NCBI GenBank assembly: GCA_047602425.1
Contig: JASGHG010000001.1
Location: 128,001-192,000 of the forward strand
Direction of reading: 5' to 3'
DNA: 64,000 bases
DNA from: Nibricoccus sp.
GTDB taxonomy: Bacteria; Verrucomicrobiota; Verrucomicrobiia; Opitutales; Opitutaceae
A model generated the notes under the pieces. It was not told the origin of the DNA, did no database searches, and saw nothing but the letters and a program-made list of their open reading frames with translations. A program made the translations under genes and the position numbers. Within the stretch, counting starts at the first letter, position 1. Every line of letters begins with the position of its first letter. Below are positions 1 through 8,645 of the stretch, in pieces.

Positions 1-1
1 A

Positions 2-190
2 CTTCCACCCGGCGAATGGACCTTGCGGTTCGATGACCAGGCCGTTCCACCATGGCACCAATTGGAAAGAAAAGAGTTCGTGGTGAAACTCGCCTCCGGG
101 GACACCGTCCAAATCGGGGCCCGCGTCCTTCCCGTGCACCGCCCTTTCAAAATGATCGACGATGGCTGGATCGGCCTGAGCGCGAAGTAA
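2..190 (+). CDS. 3' end of a CDS entering the window (possible carboxypeptidase-regulatory-like/Ig-like C-terminal domain)
   Basis: Frame 2 is open from base 2 (LPPGEWTLRFDDQAVPPWHQLERKEFVVKLASGDTVQIGARVLPVHRPFKMIDDGWIGLSAK) to TAA at 188-190. Confidence 0.5.
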   Translation, partial: LPPGEWTLRFDDQAVPPWHQLERKEFVVKLASGDTVQIGARVLPVHRPFKMIDDGWIGLSAK

Positions 191-328
191 GCGCCAGGCA
201 TCCTCAACCTTCGCTCCGGCAACGTCCGCTCTAGCTCCTAAGCCCCTGAACGGCAGCAGATATTTTCTGACCCGCAACAGGTGGAATCGTCGAGGCGGCA
301 AATGGCACAATGCCCTCTCTACCGCACG

Positions 329-2488
329 ATGAAATTCCACCAGCTCGCCCTCCGGACATCACACAACCATCCCACAAGATCCAAAGCTTTCGCGCTCCTG
401 GCCAGTGCACTCGCCTGCCTTTGCCTGTCGAGCCAAGCCGGCGCCCAGGAGCAACTGGCTGCGACCGAAACCGCGACCGAGACGCAAACGCTCGACAAGC
501 TCATCATCACCACCAAGCGCGAACATCGCACCTCCAAAGGAGCGACCAATCTGCCTCTCACGCTCAAGGACACCCCGCAATCGATCAGCACGATCGATCA
601 GGATGCCTTGCGCGATTTCGGTACCACCGACACCAACGACGCCCTGCGCCTCGGCACCGGCATCACCGTCGACGCTTGGGAAACCAACCGCACTTCCTAC
701 AACGCCCGCGGCTTCGACATCATGCTGACTCAGGTCGACGGTCTGGGCATGACCAATGACTGGGGCCTCGTCGTCGGCCAGCAAGACACCTACCTTTTCG
801 ATCGCATCGAACTGATCCGCGGAGCCAATGGCCTCCTCACCGGCGTGGGCAACGCCTCCGGCACCATCAACTACGTGCGCAAGCGCCCGATCAACCACGA
901 CGGCGGCGAAGTCGTCGGCCGAGTCGGCTCGAATGATCTCATGCGTCTCGCTGTCGACTATAACAAGGTGCTCACCGCCAACGGTGCTTGGGCCGCACGT
1001 CTGGTCGTCGCGTACGACGACAAGGATTCCTACCTGCGCGCGCTGCACGATCGCCGCACCACCACTTACGGCGTGGTCGAAGGTCAGCTCGGCTCGTCGG
1101 GCGTGCTCACCGCGGGCTTCACCTACACCGACTCCCAGCAGCGCTCGCCCATGTGGGGTTCGTTAACACTCATGCGCGCCGACGGCACGCAAGCCGAGTT
1201 CGATACCTCCGCCTCAACCTCACAGGACTGGGCCAATTGGGAGCTGCGCTCCTCCAGCGCTTTCATCGAGTACGCACACACGCTCTCCAGCGACTGGGAA
1301 GCCAAGCTCATCTATAACCACCGCCGCGGCGACGAAGCCGTCAAACTTTTCTACGCCTACACCTTCACCGGCGCGCTCAATCCCGACTACACGGGCTTGT
1401 ATGCCTGGCCTTACCGCAGCGATTCGGACTCCCGCAGCGACATCTTCGACGCCAACCTCAACGGCCACTTCCATGCCTTCGATCGCAGCCACGAAGTTAT
1501 CGCCGGCCTCAGTCTTTCAAAGCAAAAAAATTATTCCGAATACTACTCCATCGTCAGTTCTCCCAACGCGGTTCTCCCGGCCTTCCCCTATGCCGGCAAC
1601 ATCTATGCCGAACCAATCTGGGGCACAACCTCGGTCGGCTCCGACGGCAATCAGCAACTCGCTCGCTTCTACGCCGCCACACGCCTCGCCTTGACGAACC
1701 ACTTGAAAGGTATCGCCGGCCTCAACGCCATCCGCCTCAAGCGCGACGGCACATCGATCTACGGCGGAGGTGTTAACCTCGACAACGAAACCACCAAAAA
1801 AGTCAGCCCCTACGCAGGCCTCACTTACGACCTCACCTCCGACCTCCTTGCCTACGCCTCTTACTCCGACATCTTCCAGGCCCAGGACCAGCGCGACGTC
1901 AATGGACGCTTCCTCGCTCCGATGAAAGGCGTCAACGCCGAAGTCGGCCTCAAAGCCGAGTGGCTGAAACGCCGCCTCCTGACAACCGTTGCCGTCTTCG
2001 ACGCCAAGCAGATCGGCCTCGCCACCGAGGACGGTTTCGATCCGGTTGCGCAGCAATCCTACTATGCCCCGAAGGACGTGAAATCGCGCGGCCTCGAGTT
2101 CGAAGTCACGGGCCGCGTCGGCCCGCACACCAACCTGACCGCCGGGTTCACGCGCCTGAAACTCACCGGCCCCGACGGCAACGACATCTACGAATGGGTC
2201 CCCCGCACCATTGTCAGCCTTCGCGCCGATACTCGCCTGCCGTTTCTGCCTAAGCTCAAGTTCGGCGCCGCCCTGCGCTGGCAATCCGATGTGTTCAAAA
2301 AACTCGCCGTACGACAAGACTCGTACGCGATCATCAACACCTTCGCCGCCTACGAGCTGACCGACGCCGCCACCCTACGCCTCAATGTGGACAACCTCGC
2401 CGACAAGAAATACCTCCGCACCGTGCAATTCGGCGCCATCTACGGCGCCCCCCGCCAATTCTCGCTCACCCTCGAGTACAAGCTCTAA
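329..2488 (+). CDS. TonB-dependent siderophore receptor (FhuE/FpvA-like)
   Basis: Signal peptide; plug motifs LKDTPQSISTI and DRIELIRGANGLLTGVGNASGTINYVRKRP; barrel end NVDNLADKKY...YGAPRQFSLTLEYKL. Start placed at ATG 329. Confidence 0.92.
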   Translation: MKFHQLALRTSHNHPTRSKAFALLASALACLCLSSQAGAQEQLAATETATETQTLDKLIITTKREHRTSKGATNLPLTLKDTPQSISTIDQDALRDFGTTDTNDALRLGTGITVDAWETNRTSYNARGFDIMLTQVDGLGMTNDWGLVVGQQDTYLFDRIELIRGANGLLTGVGNASGTINYVRKRPINHDGGEVVGRVGSNDLMRLAVDYNKVLTANGAWAARLVVAYDDKDSYLRALHDRRTTTYGVVEGQLGSSGVLTAGFTYTDSQQRSPMWGSLTLMRADGTQAEFDTSASTSQDWANWELRSSSAFIEYAHTLSSDWEAKLIYNHRRGDEAVKLFYAYTFTGALNPDYTGLYAWPYRSDSDSRSDIFDANLNGHFHAFDRSHEVIAGLSLSKQKNYSEYYSIVSSPNAVLPAFPYAGNIYAEPIWGTTSVGSDGNQQLARFYAATRLALTNHLKGIAGLNAIRLKRDGTSIYGGGVNLDNETTKKVSPYAGLTYDLTSDLLAYASYSDIFQAQDQRDVNGRFLAPMKGVNAEVGLKAEWLKRRLLTTVAVFDAKQIGLATEDGFDPVAQQSYYAPKDVKSRGLEFEVTGRVGPHTNLTAGFTRLKLTGPDGNDIYEWVPRTIVSLRADTRLPFLPKLKFGAALRWQSDVFKKLAVRQDSYAIINTFAAYELTDAATLRLNVDNLADKKYLRTVQFGAIYGAPRQFSLTLEYKL

Positions 2489-2545
2489 CAAATCGCCAGA
2501 CGCCCACCCGCGACGCAGTCAACGTCGCGGGCCCACGGATCGAAG

Positions 2546-2645
2546 GTGGAGCGTCTTGACCTCAAGACGCTGGTTCGAAAAAAGCTCGAACCAACCAACG
2601 CATTGATGTCTGCCGAGCCGCAACGACATCAGATAAGCGTTCTAC
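2546..2645. repeat. Inverted pair of REP-like hairpins (GTGG...CTAC)
   Basis: GTGG-AGCGTCTTGA-CC-TCAAGACGCT (2546-2571, perfect 10-bp stem), followed by an oppositely oriented hairpin ending in CTAC at 2645. Confidence 0.65.
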
Positions 2646-2740
2646 CTCAGTCTGGAGGATATTAAGATTCGATCCGAGTTTTCGCGCCAACGAAGGATTA
2701 TTCGACTTCGCCAAAGCTAAGCTGGACCGTCGGCCGTTCG

Positions 2741-2796
2741 TTTGTGCAAAGTGCAAAGTTTGACCCCATTTCACTTCCTGACCCCATTTCACTTCC
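2741..2796 (-). repeat. GGGGTCAAACTTTGCACTTTGCACAAA dispersed motif plus perfect 18-bp tandem duplication
   Basis: TGACCCCATTTCACTTCC occurs twice (2761-2778, 2779-2796). The motif recurs at about 40971 and 42219. Confidence 0.8.
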
Positions 2797-2797
2797 T

Positions 2798-3067
2798 ATG
2801 ACTGAGGAGCTCCGTGCCAAAAAATACCTCCTCCTCCGAATGCCCATCCCCGAAATTGAAAGGATCCGCGCTGACTACGAGAATGCTCGGTTACAAAAGC
2901 AAATTTTTGGACTCAGTAAATACGCACTCGCGGGTGCCGGCATGGTCGAGCTGCCTCCAACATTGGGTCTCGTCCCGTTAAATGAAGACAGCGTGAAGTG
3001 TCGGGGCAATTGGAACTCGATCAACAAGGACCTACTGAATCTGCTTGGCATCGCTCATCATTTGTAG
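2798..3067 (+). CDS. Hypothetical protein (89 aa), possibly a gene remnant
   Basis: ATG directly after the tandem repeat; ends 38 bp before the ParA-like gene; no motif recognised. Confidence 0.35.
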   Translation: MTEELRAKKYLLLRMPIPEIERIRADYENARLQKQIFGLSKYALAGAGMVELPPTLGLVPLNEDSVKCRGNWNSINKDLLNLLGIAHHL

Positions 3068-3105
3068 ATAAGCATTTGAGGGGTTCTCCAGCAATAACAC
3101 CTAAT

Positions 3106-3987
3106 ATGCCGAAAGTAATCTGCTTTGCGAACATGAAGGGGGGCGTCGGCAAAACAACGCTCTGTGTTAACCTCGCTTTTGAGATGTTTCTCACGGGGAA
3201 GAACGTCCTCATCGTCGATAATGATCCCCAGTTTAACGCCACGAGTGCCTTGCTCAAACCAGCAAAGTACTTGGACGACGTACTGAAGAACGAGACACGG
3301 AGCACGATCTATCACGTGTACGAAAAGGAACCTCGTGTTCTTGGAGCGAAGCCGAAAGCGCGGGATCCTCAAAGTTTCCTGTTTTCACGCTACAAGCTCA
3401 GATCCGGCAAAGGGCAACTGAGCGTTATCCCGTCCCAGATCGAACTCTACGAGACTTTGCGGAACCCTTCACAAAAAGAGTATCTGCTCGATCGTTTCTT
3501 AACCAATCATTGTTCACACTTCGACTACATCTTCATCGACTGCCCACCTACTCCGAGCGTGCTTACGCTTAGCGCATTTGCGGCTAGTGATTATGTCATC
3601 ATCCCAGTGCGCCCTGACTATTATTCCACCTTAGGGTTACCGCAGTTTCTCGGAACCTTGGAGGACTTCAAAGAAGATCAGGTTGATGGACACAAAATCG
3701 ATCCCCTGGGCGTCGTATTCACCAATGTCCCTCGGGTAAAATCACCGGAAACAGTAGCATCGATGAGGCGCGTGTCAGAAGCACTAGCCGCAGCACCATT
3801 CAACGTTCCGGTCTTTAAGCACCAAATGTCGTGCTACAAAGTTTACGAGAAAGCTCTGTGGCAGGCATCCCCCGTCAGCCAAGTGCGAGGTAAAGGCAGC
3901 GCAGCACGCGACGAAGCCGCGGCAGAATTACAGGGTATAGCGCTTGAGATGACCCAGTTGATTGACACTATTGCAAAGAAAAAATGA
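3106..3987 (+). CDS. Orphan ParA/Soj-family ATPase
   Basis: Deviant Walker A KGGVGKTT, A' VLIVDNDPQFNAT, Walker B YIFIDCPP, SDYVIIPV; no parB nearby. Confidence 0.92.
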   Translation: MPKVICFANMKGGVGKTTLCVNLAFEMFLTGKNVLIVDNDPQFNATSALLKPAKYLDDVLKNETRSTIYHVYEKEPRVLGAKPKARDPQSFLFSRYKLRSGKGQLSVIPSQIELYETLRNPSQKEYLLDRFLTNHCSHFDYIFIDCPPTPSVLTLSAFAASDYVIIPVRPDYYSTLGLPQFLGTLEDFKEDQVDGHKIDPLGVVFTNVPRVKSPETVASMRRVSEALAAAPFNVPVFKHQMSCYKVYEKALWQASPVSQVRGKGSAARDEAAAELQGIALEMTQLIDTIAKKK

Positions 3988-4526
3988 AGCAGCCCCCCTC
4001 AGGACTCCGTTTACTTCCTTTGATTGGATCCCTCAGCCCATCTGAGCTACGAAATCTGCGCGATATCGTAATATCAGAGGACAAGCGAGCTGCACTGCTC
4101 AGCCTCATAGAGTCGACGTTGCGGTTACACAGCAAAGGAGAGCAAATGGAGGTTGTGGACGCGGTGTATAGTGATCCCGCGCCCGCAGGGGAGTATTATT
4201 TGGTTCATCCAGACGAGGAAACATCTACCCAGCAGAAAGAGGCATTTTACATGCTCCTGATGGATCGAGGAGGCCTGCCGACTTCTCAAGACTTGATCCG
4301 CCTCGTTAATCGGATTTTGAACCTCGATTTACCTCCGCTTGAGGTAATGAAAAAGAGCCGCATGTCGATCATCGATCGTGCCTGGGATCGCTTCACCCAG
4401 CTCAGTAAAAAAGAAAAAAGTCGGATAATGAACGAGCTTTTGCGGCGCTTACCCGACGCAGCAAAAGGCAATTCTGAATACCAGCGGCTTTTCCGTTTTC
4501 TAACGCGAGATGAGCGCCGAGGTTGA
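3984..4526 (+). CDS. Hypothetical helical protein coupled to ParA
   Basis: ATGA overlap with the ParA stop; 180 aa; overlaps the next gene by 17 nt. Confidence 0.8.
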   Translation: MKQPPSGLRLLPLIGSLSPSELRNLRDIVISEDKRAALLSLIESTLRLHSKGEQMEVVDAVYSDPAPAGEYYLVHPDEETSTQQKEAFYMLLMDRGGLPTSQDLIRLVNRILNLDLPPLEVMKKSRMSIIDRAWDRFTQLSKKEKSRIMNELLRRLPDAAKGNSEYQRLFRFLTRDERRG

Positions 4527-5253
4527 GAAACAGGTTAAAGCTCTGGTCGCTGAGCGCATCAAGGCGCTAGAGGCAGAATGGGCAGTACCGGCAAGTGTTG
4601 TAGCAGCGGTCGAACCGCAGCTCCGACATGTGACAAAGATGCTTACTGGCGTTTGCTGCCTCGCGGGGTGCTTAGAAGGAAAACAACCGAGAGATGATTA
4701 TTTAATGCAGATCCCGGAGAACCTCTGGGTGGCCAGTATTCTCGCGCTTCGCGGTCACGTAAATGCAGCGAACGTCGCCGCTCGTCAGGCGATCGAACTG
4801 TTACTTAAACACCTCTACTTTTTGGATCATCCTGTGGAGTATCGGTGGGTCCAAACTGACGATAACCTGAAGGAATTCGGTTTTCAGTACCTTGTCGACT
4901 ACGTACAGCGTTTGCCGGAGTTCGATCGGTTTGAGGCGAAGAAACAGTGTGTGGACACTCTTTCTGCCGTTTTCGCAGAAACCAGCCGTTATGTTCATGT
5001 TCACAGCGCAAAATTTTTCAGCGGGGGTGGCGTCACGAAAAAGACCGAAGACGGGATTAAGTCCTTCAAGGAAGTTGGCGGTCGTCTGGAGAAAATAGTC
5101 CCGTGTATTTCCAGTCTCGTTACAGTGTATCAGTGGAATCACTACATGACCATCAGCCCGGCAGAGCAGAAAATGATCGCAATTTCGTGGAGTGCGCCGG
5201 TGAAGCAGGCAGTGTTGAGGTGGAAGCGAATCAACGACCTCGCTCGTACGTAG
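4510..5253 (+). CDS. HEPN-like protein (putative RNase effector)
   Basis: N-terminal helix AANVAARQAIELLLKHLYFLDHPVE and Rx4H-like motif SRYVHVH; all-helical appearance. Confidence 0.6.
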   Translation: MSAEVEKQVKALVAERIKALEAEWAVPASVVAAVEPQLRHVTKMLTGVCCLAGCLEGKQPRDDYLMQIPENLWVASILALRGHVNAANVAARQAIELLLKHLYFLDHPVEYRWVQTDDNLKEFGFQYLVDYVQRLPEFDRFEAKKQCVDTLSAVFAETSRYVHVHSAKFFSGGGVTKKTEDGIKSFKEVGGRLEKIVPCISSLVTVYQWNHYMTISPAEQKMIAISWSAPVKQAVLRWKRINDLART

Positions 5254-5380
5254 GACAAGGAGCGCGGCACTGATGCCGTTACTTGCAGTCGCGATAGGCT
5301 TTCGAACAACGCTGAAGGCATTCGGCTCAGCAGCCGTGGGGTCTTTTATTCTTGTTACGTGTCCGCTCGTTTTGTTCCCG

Positions 5381-5917
5381 ATGAACCCTTCTCACCTCCG
5401 CCGACACGTCGAGCGTCTTAGATTTTCCTTTGAACTCGTTGACTGGGCGAACACCCGTTTTGAACTCCTAGCCAATCGGTACGTTGACGCGGGCTTTCCG
5501 GCATCCGATCGCGAATGGGTCGGCAAAGACTACGAAGCGGTATCAATGCTTTTGAAGTCAGGCAAAATCGATTTGCCCACTCTGAACGATGCCGATGGCA
5601 AAGCCATCTTCGCGCGGTTGGTGAATACCGAAAACTTCTCGTTCGCGATGAACAAAAGCCTACCCATTGCGAGCAGAATGGAATCACTGCTTTCTATGAT
5701 GAATGGTTTCCGCAATGTCCTCACGCGGTATTTGAACGAGGCCAACAAAGGTGCACCTCTAAATCGAGAACTTGCCGTACTCATGGGATTCTTGCTGCGC
5801 ATCGCATCCATTTCGGTAGCAGTCACCGACGAATTTATTCTCGCCCTACCTGACGACGATACCAAACCAATACGGCTGGAGGGCCTGGCGAAATTTCGCG
5901 CCTCGATTGCTATTTAA
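5381..5917 (+). CDS. Hypothetical protein
   Basis: 178-aa ORF from ATG 5381; the frame stays open for 74 more codons after the TAA. Confidence 0.55.
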   Translation: MNPSHLRRHVERLRFSFELVDWANTRFELLANRYVDAGFPASDREWVGKDYEAVSMLLKSGKIDLPTLNDADGKAIFARLVNTENFSFAMNKSLPIASRMESLLSMMNGFRNVLTRYLNEANKGAPLNRELAVLMGFLLRIASISVAVTDEFILALPDDDTKPIRLEGLAKFRASIAI

Positions 5918-6226
5918 TATACTGGAGTAGAGCAGTCCTTTTCCGAAACTAACTTTTACAAGTACGAGGATCTGTCCGTGCTATTGATCGCAATTCGCGA
6001 CACTCTGCCTGACACCGCAAAAGCCTTGAGCAAAGAATTTAGAACCGAGTTGCGGTTAAAGCTCAGTAAGCGCTCCAAACAGTTCATCACGAAAGATGAC
6101 CAAGCCGCGCTGCAGTCGATTTTGATTGAACTGTCGAAATAGGAGATGGAAACCCTCCCGCGTCGCAATCGGCCGGAGCGGTGTTGACGTTTAGCTATGG
6201 TGCATAGCTCAACGCGTCACTTTGCA

Positions 6227-6436
6227 ACCTACATTCATACTCCGAATGCGGCCCGCCGACATCCAATTAGCCGCCACCGGAACCGGAATGAGCTCTACCG
6301 GACTCCAACCACGGACAATCGGAGTCCGGTAGAGCGCATTCGGACTTCGGTAGACCACATTCGGACTACAATTGCGCGCATTCGGAGTCTGAATGGGGTC
6401 GTTCGGACTTTGAATGAGCTCATCATGCAAGCGGAT
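6227..6436. repeat. Degenerate tandem array of about 10 x 21-bp self-complementary units
   Basis: Units such as GAGCGCATTCGGACTTCGGTA, GACCACATTCGGACTACAATT and GCGCGCATTCGGAGTCTGAAT; consensus GAGCTC-ATTCGGA-C-TCCGAAT. Confidence 0.8.
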
Positions 6437-6688
6437 TGCGCAATCTTTCTTGCAGGATGTTGGCATCTGGCGAGTTGTTCCCCTCGTACGGCTTTCGATT
6501 TAGCGACCGTCATGCAAAACATGTGCAACCGAACTATAAGAATAGAACCAATATTTCTATACAACAACTAATAGCCAAAACTAATTCTATTTATGCCGGA
6601 TCATTTTCCGCGAACTCCGTACTATTCGCCCCACAAGGCGGGACCATGGTGGTGCCGCCGCATCACACAAAATAGAAAGTATACTACC

Positions 6689-7060
6689 ATGGCTACATCG
6701 CCAAAGTTCGCCGCTGAACGTTTCAAGAAAATCGACACCGCTTGGGAAACCAATCGCAAGGACAAGAAATTCGCGGGATATTCCCTCACGCAATTCCGGG
6801 TCAAAACCAAGCTCTGTGCCGACCTCCGCACGCGCCTGGAGGCAAACGCGAGCGAGCAAGTCACGCTTCGTGAATTGCGCACCAAGGCCGACAAAGATGC
6901 CTTGGAGGCGATCCGCCTCATCGTGAACGCGGTCAAGGCCGACGAGACCGAGGGCGAAGACGGCGAATTCTACACCGCGCTTGGCTACGTTCGCCGCAGC
7001 GAGCGCAAGTCCGGCCTCAGCCGCAAAGCCAAGGCCGCCGCAACTACCACCAAGGCCTAA
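6689..7060 (+). CDS. Small basic helical/coiled-coil hypothetical protein (123 aa)
   Basis: Host-like codon usage; C-terminal YTALGYVRRSERKSGLSRK; followed by REP-like hairpins and a terminator. Confidence 0.8.
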   Translation: MATSPKFAAERFKKIDTAWETNRKDKKFAGYSLTQFRVKTKLCADLRTRLEANASEQVTLRELRTKADKDALEAIRLIVNAVKADETEGEDGEFYTALGYVRRSERKSGLSRKAKAAATTTKA

Positions 7061-7066
7061 CTTACG

Positions 7067-7126
7067 TGGAAGGCGCCGTGCTGTCGGCGCCGGATCGGAA
7101 TGGCGGCCACGGAGGGCCGCCCTCCA
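7067..7126. repeat. Inverted REP-like pair (TGGA...TCCA)
   Basis: TGGA-AGGCGCCG..CGGCGCC and GGCGGCC..GGCCGCC-CTCCA hairpins. Confidence 0.6.
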
Positions 7127-7142
7127 AAATACCACGGATTCC

Positions 7143-7180
7143 GGGGCGCAACCGTCAAAGGCTGCGCCCTGTTTATTTTT
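7143..7180 (+). terminator. Intrinsic terminator
   Basis: GGGCGCA...TGCGCCC stem followed by GTTTATTTTT. Confidence 0.55.
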
Positions 7181-7220
7181 ATGAGCGCCAAAGGTTTCTT
7201 ATGGGCGCGCGGCGAATGAC

Positions 7221-8057
7221 TTAATGCCGCCCACGGGCGGCAACTTCTCCTGGCACACGTTTCAAGTCTTCTGGCGGGACGTCTTCATATTGCTTCGCGT
7301 TGGCCTTGGCTTGGGCTTCCTCCGTAAGAAAACGCCGGCTAAACACCATGGCTTTGTTGGTCGCTCCGGGAACGATCAGCGGATCGCCTTTCATGAGAGC
7401 CTCGTAGCCCGCTGCGGCGACTTCTTGAGGCGCCATGAGATTTCCTTTTTGGAACGCCTTGGTTTCGACCATTCCGGCTTTCGGAAAGAAATCGGTGTCA
7501 ACCGGCCCCGGGCAAAGCGCCGTGAGCGTCACGCCCGTATCTTTCAACTCAATAGCTAACGCTTCTGAAAGAGACAAAACGAAAGCTTTGGTGGCATGAT
7601 AAACGGCCATCGTGGGACCTGCCTGGAAACCGGCGATCGACGCGGTGTTTAACACCCGGCCGCGTTTCCGCGCGATCATGGCGGGAAGCAACAAATGCGT
7701 GAGCCCGACCACCGCCTCCACGTTGACTGCGATCATCGATAACAGTGTCTCCAGCGGGACCTCCCAGAAGTTCCCTTTCTGGCCGAAGCCGGCATTGTTG
7801 ACCAGGATATCGACCTGAAGACCCAACTGGCTCAATTTCTCCACGATTTTAATGGAAGAATCCGGGGTGGAAAGATCTGCCGATAGGTAGCGAACTTCGA
7901 TTTTATATTTCGATTCGAGATCGCTGGCTATGGTTTTTAGTTCAGCTTCGACGGGGGCAACGAGGACAAGCGAGTGTCCGTTTTTGGCGAAGACTCGCGC
8001 CAATTCGAGACCGATGCCGCTCGTGGCACCTGTAATGAGAACGTTTTCTTTAGTCAT
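7221..8057 (-). CDS. Short-chain dehydrogenase/reductase
   Basis: TGATSGIG, NNAG and YHATK motifs. Confidence 0.93.
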   Translation of the reverse strand: MTKENVLITGATSGIGLELARVFAKNGHSLVLVAPVEAELKTIASDLESKYKIEVRYLSADLSTPDSSIKIVEKLSQLGLQVDILVNNAGFGQKGNFWEVPLETLLSMIAVNVEAVVGLTHLLLPAMIARKRGRVLNTASIAGFQAGPTMAVYHATKAFVLSLSEALAIELKDTGVTLTALCPGPVDTDFFPKAGMVETKAFQKGNLMAPQEVAAAGYEALMKGDPLIVPGATNKAMVFSRRFLTEEAQAKANAKQYEDVPPEDLKRVPGEVAARGRH

Positions 8058-8274
8058 AAAATTTGGAGCAAGCGATGCGCGGGGAGTGACAGAGATATTG
8101 CGTCGCTGCGTGCACCCGCCCGCCCCTCGGCCAATCGATGCCGAGTGCATCCACCGCAATCATGTCGGAGCAAAATTCCACGCCTCAGTATCGCGCGACC
8201 GTGAAATTCTGAAATGGGGCACCCTGCCCTATCCAGAGCCGAGCGATCGCCCAGTACAGCGTCGGAGTTCTCCC

Positions 8275-8471
8275 GGTGGAGAGGCGTGGCCCGGTCGCAA
8301 AGGCGCTAGGCGACAATCTGCGTATCAGTGGCGGCAGAAGGCGCCTATCAGCTTTGCCATGCAGTCCTTCACTTTTTCGCTGCAAGGTAATAACGACCCA
8401 TTAGTTCGTCTGCCGGTGACGCCCGCGTATGAGCTCATCAAACACGGGCGGCCTGACGATCCGTCTCCACC
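8275..8471. repeat. REP-like inverted pair GGTGGAGA...TCTCCACC
   Basis: 8-bp inverted termini carrying the GTGG tetranucleotide, in an intergenic region. Confidence 0.4.
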
Positions 8472-8645
8472 CAGTCAATATCGGCATGGACCGGAGCGGC
8501 GGAGACGGCGGTGCTGTTCTCAGCAAACCGATCTCGAGCGCAATCTCAACTGCGCCTTTTTGTTTTTATCGATCTGGTCTCCTCCATCTTTAGAAATGAC
8601 GTCGCTGCCAAGATGGAATAAAGTTCGAAGAAAATGGCTTCAGTT

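Noticed and set aside
191..328. Fur box or riboswitch upstream of the TonB-dependent receptor
   Set aside because: No GATAATGATAATCATTATC-like palindrome or recognisable riboswitch core.
3106..3987. Plasmid/prophage partition locus
   Set aside because: No parB, replication initiator or phage genes. The parS-like strings at about 43951 and 60950 are non-palindromic and distant.
6227..6436. CRISPR array (also considered for 41105-41292 and 44526-44693)
   Set aside because: Units are degenerate 21-mers without invariant repeats or 25-45-bp unique spacers, and there are no cas genes.
6197..6571. 124-aa ORF and overlapping minus-strand ORFs as confident genes
   Set aside because: Their openness is explained by the 21-bp palindromic array; there is no RBS or recognisable domain.
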